Of a DNA stretch of 64,000 bases, positions 1 to 8,742 are shown piece by piece (the first letter of the stretch is position 1; each line of letters opens with the position of its first letter). Origin of the DNA: a virus (taxonomy: Duplodnaviria; Caudoviricetes); the IMG/VR virus record IMGVR_UViG_3300026549_000029, positions 1-64,000 of that record; one strand, 5' to 3'. The position numbers were made by a program, and so were the translations under genes. The notes beneath the pieces are model-generated. The model was not told the DNA's origin and made no database searches. It saw nothing but the letters and a program-made list of their open reading frames with translations.

Positions 1-1
1 T

Positions 2-100
2 ACTAATACAACATATTGCAATTTTGAATGTTATGTTAGAAATAATGCTTATGGATATGTAGAATGCAATATAACTATAAAATCAATTATTTTTTCTTAA
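2..100 (+). CDS. 3' end of an upstream paralog of the KWGNT-repeat adhesin/fibre genes (partial)
   Basis: Open frame ...CNITIKSIIFS* resembles the C-terminus of 153..704 (ITATITSIEFS*). Confidence 0.6.
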   Translation, partial: TNTTYCNFECYVRNNAYGYVECNITIKSIIFS

Positions 101-113
101 TAATATTATATTT

Positions 114-145
114 TTTCTATGACGCTTACTAGTATTATGCTATAT
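114..145 (+). repeat. 32-nt direct repeat upstream of adhesin-like cassettes (copy 1; copy 2 at 707-738)
   Basis: tttctatgacgcttac[t/c]agtattatgctatat occurs before both ATGs with one mismatch. Confidence 0.9.
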
Positions 146-152
146 ATAATAT

Positions 153-704
153 ATGGCAATAAAATGGGGTAGTACATATGTTACTGTTGTTAAATGGGGT
201 AATACAGTATGTACTCAAGTTAAATGGGGAAATACAGTAGTATTTCCTACCGGGGGATATGCTGGTAGTGAATTTTCTCCTCCTTTAATTGGGGGAATGA
301 CTTCAAAAATCGTATATAATAGTACCGATTATTATCAAAAAACTATAACATCTGGAACTTTAACAAATTCCGGATATGTTACTGTAAGAAGTAGTGGTTA
401 TTGGGCAAATATAGTTTTTACAGCTATAAATAAAGCAGATTTTACAAAATATAATAATTTAAAATTAACTTTTTCTTGTACAAAAGATACAGCTGATACC
501 AGATTTTATTTTTCTCGTATTGATTGTTATTCATCTAGTAATTCAATTAGTTTTTATAGTGGTGATAGTGGTACAACAAAATCCATTTCTGGTTATACAT
601 CTGCAGATTATAATTTTCAAATAATTGCACGATTTACAATATCTAAAGGATCAAATATTTCTTCTACAATAACTGCTACAATAACTTCGATAGAATTTTC
701 ATAA
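153..704 (+). CDS. putative receptor-binding/fibre accessory protein, 3x KWGNT N-terminal repeat with variable beta-rich C-domain
   Basis: Shared N-terminus with 744..1490, S/T-rich, lies next to tail-fibre genes. Confidence 0.5.
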   Translation: MAIKWGSTYVTVVKWGNTVCTQVKWGNTVVFPTGGYAGSEFSPPLIGGMTSKIVYNSTDYYQKTITSGTLTNSGYVTVRSSGYWANIVFTAINKADFTKYNNLKLTFSCTKDTADTRFYFSRIDCYSSSNSISFYSGDSGTTKSISGYTSADYNFQIIARFTISKGSNISSTITATITSIEFS

Positions 705-743
705 TATTTCTATGACGCTTACCAGTATTATGCTATATTATAT

Positions 744-1490
744 ATGCTAAAATGGGGCAATACTGAAGTTACTATTGTTAAATGGGGTAATACTAATTGT
801 ACAGTAGTAAAATGGGGTAATACTGTAGTATTTCCTACTAATAATGGATTTGATGTAAATAGCGGTACATTTGTAGCGCCTATTGCTAGTGGATTATATT
901 ACTTTCCAAATTTTGGTGGGGATAGTACATTAACAACAGGAACAGCATTTACTGGAAATAAAACAAGTTTGGCATATACTGGTTCTAACCGTGTTACTTT
1001 TGTAAGTAAAACAGCTTTAACAGCAGCACAATGGAATCAGATAAAACAAGTAAGAATTGTTGCAAGATGGATAGTATATAATGCTAGTATGGTACTAGAT
1101 TCTGATATGTATTTTTCTGCAGCATCTAGTAGTGGTATGGGTATATATATGAATAAAGATTCAAATACAAGTGCTTTTACTAGCAATAGCAGTAATGGCT
1201 ATAAATGGGCAAACTGTAGTGGATGGCTTCATCCATGGCAAGCAGAGTGGTATTATAATGCACTTGATTGGTGTGGACAAACTCAATCGACTACAGGTAG
1301 TAGACCTCAAGGAAGTAATGTTATAGTTACTCATACACAAACGATTGATAAAGTATCTCGTTTTCAAGGTACTGCATATTTAGGAATAGCTCAATATCCT
1401 AATGTTACTGGTTGCCCTGGTGTTGGTGCATATAAATATTTTAGAGTAGAATTGCAATCAATCGAAATTTTAACATCTATAAAATATTAA
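744..1490 (+). CDS. putative receptor-binding/fibre accessory protein, paralog of 153..704
   Basis: KWGNT x3 followed by VVFPT, divergent C-domain. Confidence 0.5.
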   Translation: MLKWGNTEVTIVKWGNTNCTVVKWGNTVVFPTNNGFDVNSGTFVAPIASGLYYFPNFGGDSTLTTGTAFTGNKTSLAYTGSNRVTFVSKTALTAAQWNQIKQVRIVARWIVYNASMVLDSDMYFSAASSSGMGIYMNKDSNTSAFTSNSSNGYKWANCSGWLHPWQAEWYYNALDWCGQTQSTTGSRPQGSNVIVTHTQTIDKVSRFQGTAYLGIAQYPNVTGCPGVGAYKYFRVELQSIEILTSIKY

Positions 1491-1529
1491 TTTATATCAT
1501 TTTTATTATATATAAAGGAGACTCTTTAT

Positions 1530-2513
1530 ATGGCACAAATTAATAAAGTAAATGTATCTGATACTACATATGATATAAGTCAATCACCAGATGCTACATT
1601 TACTGCTACAAGTAATGATAATGCATCTCCTACTAGTTGGACCGATGTAGCAGTATTAGCATCAGGAGAAACTAATAGTAGTATATTCAGTAAGATATCT
1701 TCTATGTTTAAGAATATAAGATTTTTATATTCTAAATTAGGTACTAGTGATTTCTCTTCTGCTGGTGATACAGTATCTGCTGCATTAGCAGCATTAGAAT
1801 CTGGCAAATCAGATACTGATCATACACATACGGCAGCAACTACTGCTGCTGCAGGATTTATGCCTGCATTAAATGGTAATTCTGATACATGTTTATTAGG
1901 TGATGGTACATGGGGTACAGCAGGTTCTACATATGCTAATGTATCTACTGCTGCTCCTGGTTTAGCTCCTACATTATCTGGTACTGCTACACAATATCTT
2001 AATGGTAATGGAGGATGGACTACACCACCTGATAATAATACTACTTATGCTAATTTCGGTTCTGGATCTGCTGGTTTAGTACCTGCTCCTACTGCAACCC
2101 AAGCTACTACAGGTTATGTATTAACAGGTGCAGGTTGGCAGGCTGGTACTAAGTATAATACTGATACTAATACTACATATAGTTTTTCCAATACTGGACC
2201 CACATTAGCTTGGAATACTCAATCTACTGTTGGTACTGTAGGTGGAGTAGCATTAACAGTTAAAATGCCTGCTAACCCTAATACTAATACTACATATGCT
2301 AACTTTACATCAGCTGCTGCTGGTCTTGTTCCTGCTGCTAAGTCTGGATCTACTAATATTGCTACTTCTGCATATGTATTAACAGGTGCAGGGTGGGCTG
2401 CTGGTACTAAGTATAATACTGATACTAATACTACATACGGTACTAATGTTGGATGTTATGGTACTCTTAGTGGTACTACACTTGTTCTTAATACTAGAAA
2501 CTTTAGAGTATAA
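1530..2513 (+). CDS. tail fibre-like protein
   Basis: HTH(T) fibre motif, AGLVPAP / GYVLTGAGW repeats, G/T/A-rich, good SD. Confidence 0.7.
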   Translation: MAQINKVNVSDTTYDISQSPDATFTATSNDNASPTSWTDVAVLASGETNSSIFSKISSMFKNIRFLYSKLGTSDFSSAGDTVSAALAALESGKSDTDHTHTAATTAAAGFMPALNGNSDTCLLGDGTWGTAGSTYANVSTAAPGLAPTLSGTATQYLNGNGGWTTPPDNNTTYANFGSGSAGLVPAPTATQATTGYVLTGAGWQAGTKYNTDTNTTYSFSNTGPTLAWNTQSTVGTVGGVALTVKMPANPNTNTTYANFTSAAAGLVPAAKSGSTNIATSAYVLTGAGWAAGTKYNTDTNTTYGTNVGCYGTLSGTTLVLNTRNFRV

Positions 2514-2530
2514 GAAAGGAGGTATATTGT

Positions 2531-3589
2531 ATGGCTCAAGTAGATAAAATACAGATTGGTAATACTACATATGATATACTTCAATCTGCTGATTCTATAT
2601 TTACTGGTGTAAGTAATGATACAGATGATCAATCTGCTACTAGTTGGACTACAGTAACTGCTTTAGCGTCATCAGAAACTAATGGTTCTATATTTACTAA
2701 ACTCTCTTCTATGTTTAAGAATATAAGATATTTATATTCTAAAATAGGTAATTTAGATGTAGGAGATATAGGTACATCTATTAGTGATGCTATTAATAAT
2801 TTAGCAGAGAATAAAGCAGATAAGAATCATACACATGATACATCTACATTAGATGCTGCTGATGGTACACCATTAATATCTACAACACAGATAGCAGATA
2901 ATAATCATGTACCATCATCTCTATTAGTCAAGAATATGAATGATCAGTTATCTGAATTAATAACTTCTGTATCTAATAAAGCAGATGCTAATCACACACA
3001 TAATAATGCTACTACTGCAGCACCTGGTTTTTTACCTAAGTTAAATGGTGAAGCAACTAAATGTTTATTAGGTAATGGTACATGGGGAATAGCAGGTTCT
3101 ACATATGCCAATTTTAGTTCTGCAGCTGCAGGATTAGCTCCTGCTGCTAAATCTGGTACAACTAGTTTAGTTACTACTGGTTATGTATTAACTGGTGCAG
3201 GTTGGCAGGCTGGTACTAAGTATAATACTGATACTACTTATAATACTTTTACTTCTGCAGCTAACGGTTTAGTACCTGCTGCTAAGTCTGGTAGTACTAA
3301 CTGGGCTACTACTGGTTACGTATTAACTGGAGCTGGTTGGCAAGCTGGTACTAAGTATAATACTGATACTAATACTACTTATGCCAACTTTAAATCGGGT
3401 TCTGCTGGATTAGTACCTGCTCCTACTGCTGCTCAAGCTACATCTGGTTATGTATTATGCGGTAATGGCTGGCAGGCTGGTACTAAGTACAATACAGATA
3501 CTAATACTACTTATGGTACTAATGTTGGATGTTATGGTACTCTTAGTGGTACTACACTTGTTCTTAATGAAAGAAACTTTAGAATATAA
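2531..3589 (+). CDS. tail fibre-like protein, paralog of 1530..2513
   Basis: Same N-terminal module, three GYVLxGxGWQAGTKYNTDT repeats, near-identical C-terminus. Confidence 0.7.
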   Translation: MAQVDKIQIGNTTYDILQSADSIFTGVSNDTDDQSATSWTTVTALASSETNGSIFTKLSSMFKNIRYLYSKIGNLDVGDIGTSISDAINNLAENKADKNHTHDTSTLDAADGTPLISTTQIADNNHVPSSLLVKNMNDQLSELITSVSNKADANHTHNNATTAAPGFLPKLNGEATKCLLGNGTWGIAGSTYANFSSAAAGLAPAAKSGTTSLVTTGYVLTGAGWQAGTKYNTDTTYNTFTSAANGLVPAAKSGSTNWATTGYVLTGAGWQAGTKYNTDTNTTYANFKSGSAGLVPAPTAAQATSGYVLCGNGWQAGTKYNTDTNTTYGTNVGCYGTLSGTTLVLNERNFRI

Positions 3590-3707
3590 TATATTTTTTA
3601 TTTATATCAGTAGAGGATTTCCTCTACTGATATATTTTTATTTTTTATCTCTCTTTTCACTTTTTATTATAAAGCTAAAATTATATTTATATATTAAGGA
3701 GATTATA

Positions 3708-4322
3708 ATGGCTAATAAGAGACATAATGTAATTTCAAAAAATGAAGTTTATATGCTTATTGCTAGAATTATTGCTAAACGTTCTAAAGATCCTAATACT
3801 CAAGTAGGTGCAGTTATTGTATCTGAAGATGATAGAATTCTTTCTGTAGGTTATAATGGTTTTCCTAATGGCATTTCTGATGATGATCCTTCTTATGACT
3901 GGGCAGATAGAGATATTAATTCTTCTAATAATAAATATTTATACTCTACTCATGCAGAAGCTAATGCTATTCTTAATTATAGAGGAGATATTAGAGATCT
4001 TAAAAATGCTACTCTTTATGTTACTCTTTTTCCTTGTAATGAATGTGCTAAAATGGTTATTCAGACTGGTATTTCTCATATAATTTATCTTTCTGATAAA
4101 TACCATGATTCTACTTCTTCTGTTGCTTCTCGTAAAATGTTTGGTACTACTCATACAAAATTTACTCAATACGAATCTTCTATTGATGATAAAGCTGATA
4201 TGATTAATTCTATTATGGTCTTAGGTTCTTCTCCCAAGTATCGTAATCTTTCTGCTGATCAAGAGAATCTTAATTCTCTTATTGAAGATTGGTATAATGA
4301 TATTTTAAATTATATTAGGTAA
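3708..4322 (+). CDS. dCMP deaminase
   Basis: RSKDPNTQVGA, GYNG, HAEANAI and PCNEC zinc-deaminase motifs; SD-supported start at 3708. Confidence 0.92.
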   Translation: MANKRHNVISKNEVYMLIARIIAKRSKDPNTQVGAVIVSEDDRILSVGYNGFPNGISDDDPSYDWADRDINSSNNKYLYSTHAEANAILNYRGDIRDLKNATLYVTLFPCNECAKMVIQTGISHIIYLSDKYHDSTSSVASRKMFGTTHTKFTQYESSIDDKADMINSIMVLGSSPKYRNLSADQENLNSLIEDWYNDILNYIR

Positions 4323-4376
4323 AATTAACTTTAGATATATATTATAAAATTGATAATATATTTGGAGGATTCATAT

Positions 4377-4577
4377 ATGAATCAATTTAATTTATCTAAT
4401 TTTATTGATAATTATATTAAAAAGATTTCTAATAATATTAAAAAACCTATTGTTAAAGAATCTAATATTCCTAAGAAATATAAATTATCTAAAGAAAGTG
4501 GCATTATAGAAATTAAAGATGATAATAAATCACCTTATGAAATTGATGAAGACTCTAAAGTTGAGCCTATTCATTAA
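4377..4577 (+). CDS. hypothetical protein
   Basis: GGAGG SD before ATG 4377. Confidence 0.5.
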   Translation: MNQFNLSNFIDNYIKKISNNIKKPIVKESNIPKKYKLSKESGIIEIKDDNKSPYEIDEDSKVEPIH

Positions 4578-4604
4578 TAAAAATATTATTTAAAAGGAGG
4601 TAGT

Positions 4605-4985
4605 GTGTATATGACTAAACCTAATAATACTGGTCTTTCTTGGAGACAAGTATGGTTTGAATTATTGAATGGACGGAAGATTAAACGTCCTACTTGGAAA
4701 GGGTATTGGATTTGGGAAAATAATACAATTATGATGTATTGTGCTGATGGAAATATTCTTGATATTAGAGAAACAGAGAATCCTGCTTATACCTTTACTA
4801 ATATTGCAAGTAATGATTGGGAAATTCTTCCTGATAATTATGAGTATAAGCCTTATGCTTCTCCTAATAAAAAGAAAGAAAAAGAAGATGCAGATAAAGC
4901 TGTTTCCGAATGGCTCAATAGTTCTATTGATTCATCAGCAACAGCAAATTGTACTATTGATAGAGAATCTATGTCTGGAGATTGA
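4605..4985 (+). CDS. DUF2829-like (Tad2-like) protein
   Basis: L-x-x-G-R-K-I-K-R-x-x-W-x-G...IASNDWEI pattern typical of DUF2829. Confidence 0.55.
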   Translation: MYMTKPNNTGLSWRQVWFELLNGRKIKRPTWKGYWIWENNTIMMYCADGNILDIRETENPAYTFTNIASNDWEILPDNYEYKPYASPNKKKEKEDADKAVSEWLNSSIDSSATANCTIDRESMSGD

Positions 4986-4989
4986 TAAT

Positions 4990-7333
4990 ATGTCATTAGA
5001 AAAAATTAAATATGGATCTTTATTTCAGGATTCTCATAATAAAAATAATTTTCTTCATTATGATGATAAAGATATAGTATCTACATCTTTTACTTATCCT
5101 CATAGTGATGAATATGAATATGAATCTTATATAGAATATATTGATTTTGATGCTGAACGAAAACTTGATATTGATTCTGGTAATGGATTTGAAGTAGCTC
5201 CTTCTGGAAGAAATATTAAGAAAGATTTGAAAGCAGAAGATGGATTATTCTCTAGAAGATTTGGACAAACATTAGCAGATGTTAATCCTTTTATTGATAG
5301 ATATCGTTGTCATTGTACAGATGATGGTGGATTAAGAGGAAGAATTAATGCTGGATTGCGTTGTCCTAGATGTGGTCATTTATGTGAATATGTAGATGAT
5401 AACTTTAGTTATTTTGGTTGGATGGTCTTAAAAGATCCATTTGTAATTATTCATCCTGCATTTTATAAGAAAATAGATACTTTCTTAGGAAGAGGAATTA
5501 CTATACAGGGAGTAAAAAGAACTAAATTAGAAAATATTCTTGATATTTCAGATATAGTAACTCCTTTATCTAGTAAAGCTATTGAGACTAAGATGAAGGA
5601 CGAACCCTATTTTGGAATTGGTATGGTTGAATTTGTAAAGAAATTTGATGAGATTATGGATTTTTATTTGCGAAAAAGACCTACTAAAAAAGAAAATTAT
5701 GATGATATTTATGAACACAGAAATATAGTATTTACACATAGTATACCAGTATTTACTACGTTATTAAGACCATTTGATATTAAGGATGGTAATATGACAT
5801 ATGAACCTACTAATGCTATGTATACTATGATGAATAAATTAGTTACTACTATAAATAAGAATCAAACTAAGATACAAAGAGAACCAAAAATTAAGAATCA
5901 GCAATTATATAATTTACAGAAGAAATTCATGGAATTATATACAGAGCTGGAAACAATATTAAGTGGTAAAAAAGGAGACTTTAGATGTTTATTAGGGGGA
6001 AGATATAACTTTAGTAGTAGAAATGTTATAGTACAGAACCCTGATTTAAGAATTGATGAGGTGACATTACCTGTCATAGGACTCAGTATTATGCTTGAAC
6101 AGAGAATAAAAAATATACTGTGTAGATTATATAATATGAGTCCTAATGAAGCCCATCAATTATGGTATAAATCTACAATAGAACCTGTAGATAGAATAAG
6201 TAGTATAATACAGAGCATAATAGATAATGAAAAAGCCAAGGGATTACCCGGCTTAATAGTACTAATAAATAGGAACCCTAAATTGTGGGGCATTAGGGGG
6301 AAACTCCTAAATGAAAACTGTGTGAATTGCTGGAAGTAGCTAATGCCTCTATGCCTATATGGAGAGAAATCAGAAATAAGTTAGAGGATTAGAGAAGGAT
6401 AAAAAATAATTCCTAACTCTTGTACAATGCTTAATCAGCAGCCAAGCTCTATATAAAAATATAGAGAAGGTTCAACGACTATCCAAGAGGAGTAGAGTTA
6501 GCAAATAACTCGAAGTGCATAGTACCTAAGTCTAATAATATTAGATATGGTAAAGATATAGTCTAAAAATAAGATAAATGACAATTTCATATGGATTATA
6601 ATATTAGTCCCATTTAATATGAAAATATTAAATGAAAACTGTGTGAATTGCTGGAAAATCCTAAAGCTCTCTTGCCTATATATTAGGAGCGAAAGCAGAA
6701 ATAAGTAGAGAGATGATCTATGCTGAGATAAAAGCTATATTATTATATAATATAGTGCTAAGGATTATTAACAATGGATAATCAGCAGCCAAATCTTTAT
6801 AATGTAAAGAAGGTTCAACGACTATCTCTGATGAATGTAAGAGAGTAGGGCTTAAGTAAGCTCGAAGTGCACAGCACCTAAACTAAATATATTTAGCATG
6901 GTGATGATATAGTCTAGTCTCTATTGAAAGAATAGAGTAGTTCATAAAAGAACAGTATAAAGCTAACAACTTTATATGACTTAACGCAATATTATGCATG
7001 TTCTGTATTGGTTTTACTGAGACTTATACCATGGCATTACCGCTTCAGATTTTGCCGCTATTGGCTGCAGACTTTGACGGCGACGTTCTCAATATTCTTC
7101 TTCCTATAAATCAAACTTTTATTAAGCTTGCTTGGGAGAAATTTAATCCTAGAAATGTTATGTATATATCTAGGAATGATGGTTATTTTAACTCTGCTGT
7201 ATCTATGCAGAGAGATACACTTATTAATGCTAATACATTAGCTCGTTGTGGTAGAGATACTTATACTCAAGAAGATTTAGAGAATTTTGATAAACTTTTT
7301 AAGCTTAAAGAATCTCTACTTAAATCTTATTAA
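4990..7333 (+). CDS. multisubunit RNA polymerase beta-prime N-terminal subunit, join(4990..6279,6581..6596,6987..7333)
   Basis: Zn-finger CHC...CPRC, GKKGDFR...GGRYNFSSRNVI; spliced product reads NRNPTISYGSILCMFC...LAADFDGD (catalytic motif). Confidence 0.93.
6280..6580 (+). mobile_element. group I intron 1 in RNAP beta-prime gene (no ORF)
   Basis: Exon ends in U, intron ends in G; core GAATTGCTGGAA, AATCAGCAG, TTCAACGACTA, AAGATATAGTC; 6280-6286 AAATTGT is exactly complementary to the next exon ACAATTT (P10). Confidence 0.92.
6597..6986 (+). mobile_element. group I intron 2 in RNAP beta-prime gene (no ORF)
   Basis: P1 GGAU/GUCC with U-G pair at 6596; same core motifs as intron 1; ATAATATT pairs with exon 3 AATATTAT; terminal G 6986 restores the frame (T+CA = Ser). 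Confidence 0.92.
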
Positions 7334-7337
7334 TTTT

Positions 7338-7368
7338 AAGAGGGAGAAATTTCTCCCTCTTATTTTTT
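7338..7368. terminator. intrinsic terminator, representative of a family of purine-rich/AT-loop/pyrimidine-rich hairpins
   Basis: AAGAGGGAGA-AATT-TCTCCCTCTT plus T-tract; related hairpins near 3610, 8665, 10009, 12508, 17086, 21428, 23725, 25740, 27134, 30320, 31457, 37024, 40761, 42020, 44408, 46027, 49727, 53739, 54057, 54894, 61470. Confidence 0.85.
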
Positions 7369-7378
7369 ATTTTAATTA

Positions 7379-7388
7379 TATATTATAA
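7379..7388 (+). promoter_or_regulatory. putative early (virion RNAP) promoter motif TATATTATAA
   Basis: Recurs intergenically, with a variable first base, at 4338, 21404, 22815, 29580, 31546, 37102, 42101, 44456, 62482; resembles the phiKZ early motif TATATTAC. Confidence 0.65.
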
Positions 7389-7428
7389 TATTGAAATAAT
7401 ATTTAATTATTAAAAAGGAGGTTTTGTA

Positions 7429-8019
7429 ATGGATCTTGGTGCTTATATACAAATTGGTAATTTATCTAAATTGGCAAAACTTAATAATATTAATGTAGCA
7501 AGACTTCGTGGTTATCGGTATATGAAATATGAAGATAAACCTATTGATATTAATGAAGAAATAAAAGGTCTTAATAGATATATTGTTGAAGATTTAGTTA
7601 CTAGTTTACCAGCTTGGTCAATAAATTATAATGTGCATAGCTGGAATTCTGAATCTGATAAGAAAGTACGTAAATTTTATGATTTTAAAAATGAAAGAAT
7701 TAAATGGGAAAATATTCATGGTAAACACAGAAAGAATCTTAAATATGTTTTAAAAATTAAAAAATTAGAAGTTAAAGAACAGTTTAATCTTTTTAATAAA
7801 TATTTAGGAAGAGAAGATATACTTTATATTCATGCTAGACTTGGTAGTAGAAATTGGTCTGGTATTCATTATTGGGATTATAAAAAAGAACCTTGGTATA
7901 TTGATGGAATAGATGATTGTTTTGATGATAGTTATTGTGATATCTATGCTAAAATAGATCCTGATACTCTTAAATATGTAACAGATATAAAGGAAGATAA
8001 TATAGATGAGGAAAGTTGA
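7429..8019 (+). CDS. hypothetical phage protein
   Basis: Strong SD, 196 aa ORF. Confidence 0.75.
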   Translation: MDLGAYIQIGNLSKLAKLNNINVARLRGYRYMKYEDKPIDINEEIKGLNRYIVEDLVTSLPAWSINYNVHSWNSESDKKVRKFYDFKNERIKWENIHGKHRKNLKYVLKIKKLEVKEQFNLFNKYLGREDILYIHARLGSRNWSGIHYWDYKKEPWYIDGIDDCFDDSYCDIYAKIDPDTLKYVTDIKEDNIDEES

Positions 8020-8449
8020 AATAAAATTATCTGAATTACCTAAATATAAATTTGATTCTATAATAAATAATATGGAAAAAGAATTTGGAGTAGATATTGA
8101 TAAAAATAATAATATTACAATTGATATTTTTATTGATAGAAATTCTGGTATTAATGCTACTATAACTAATAAATTTAATGTAAGTAAAAAGAATAAAGAT
8201 GAATTACTAAGATATAATTTAATAGAATTTTTAAATGCTCATATATCTTATAATTTTGGAAGTCAAATAGATGTAAGAACTTTATATGAAAATTATAAGA
8301 ATTGGTGTACTTACAGAAATATTTCATATTATCAAAATATGTCTTTCATTAAGACAGACTGGTTTACAAAATTTTTATCAGACAGAGGTATGTCAACAAA
8401 TAATAATGTTATATTCAATGCTATATATGGTATAGTAACTAGAATATAG
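8006..8449 (+). CDS. hypothetical protein, possible C-terminal winged-helix (LYENYKNWC)
   Basis: Motif like the C-terminal domain of D5-type primase/helicases. Confidence 0.4.
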   Translation: MRKVEIKLSELPKYKFDSIINNMEKEFGVDIDKNNNITIDIFIDRNSGINATITNKFNVSKKNKDELLRYNLIEFLNAHISYNFGSQIDVRTLYENYKNWCTYRNISYYQNMSFIKTDWFTKFLSDRGMSTNNNVIFNAIYGIVTRI

Positions 8450-8459
8450 GAGGATGTAA

Positions 8460-8660
8460 ATGAAAATACTTGCTTATGTAATGATGTTTATAATGATATT
8501 TATATCTCCTATAATCACATTAATAGCAGTTGGAATATTTATATTCGAATGTACCGGTTTTATACCTTTTGTAGTGATAGGAAGTATTTTTGATTTTATT
8601 ACTATTCTTATAATAGCATTAGTAACTTCTTATCATTTAATTTTAAGTATAGAATGGTAA
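8460..8660 (+). CDS. small two-TM membrane protein
   Basis: Hydrophobic, GGAGG SD. Confidence 0.65.
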   Translation: MKILAYVMMFIMIFISPIITLIAVGIFIFECTGFIPFVVIGSIFDFITILIIALVTSYHLILSIEW

Positions 8661-8701
8661 AAATAAAGAGGGAGAATTTCTCCCTCTTTATTTTTTTGTA
8701 A

Positions 8702-8715
8702 AACTCATTAATAAT
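8702..8715 (+). promoter_or_regulatory. putative late (non-virion RNAP) promoter AAC[AT]-N6-TAA(T)
   Basis: Same spacing at 10038, 16776, 18166, 26232, 28183, 30663, 37064, 37363, 45578, 46086, 50389 (+) and 16743-16756, 28149-28162, 62441-62454 (-), mostly before structural or lysis genes. Confidence 0.75.
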
Positions 8716-8742
8716 ACATTTATTATATATGGAGCTTAATAT

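Noticed and set aside
2040-3580. CRISPR array or DGR template/variable repeat in the fibre repeats
   Set aside because: Repeats are in-frame coding units without unique spacers, differences are not adenine-specific, and no reverse transcriptase is in the window
3708-4322. dCMP deaminase as evidence for a uracil-containing genome
   Set aside because: The enzyme is equally typical of thymidylate supply in ordinary T-DNA phages, so it is not diagnostic
3450-4989. Long N-terminal extensions of the ORFs at 3450 and 4741
   Set aside because: They overlap upstream genes or a terminator; SD-supported starts are 3708 and 4990
6280-6339. ORF-track C-terminus KLWGIRGKLLNENCVNCWK and a separate 111-aa gene at 6998
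   Set aside because: Read-through into intron 1 and an internal Met of exon 3; both belong to one spliced gene
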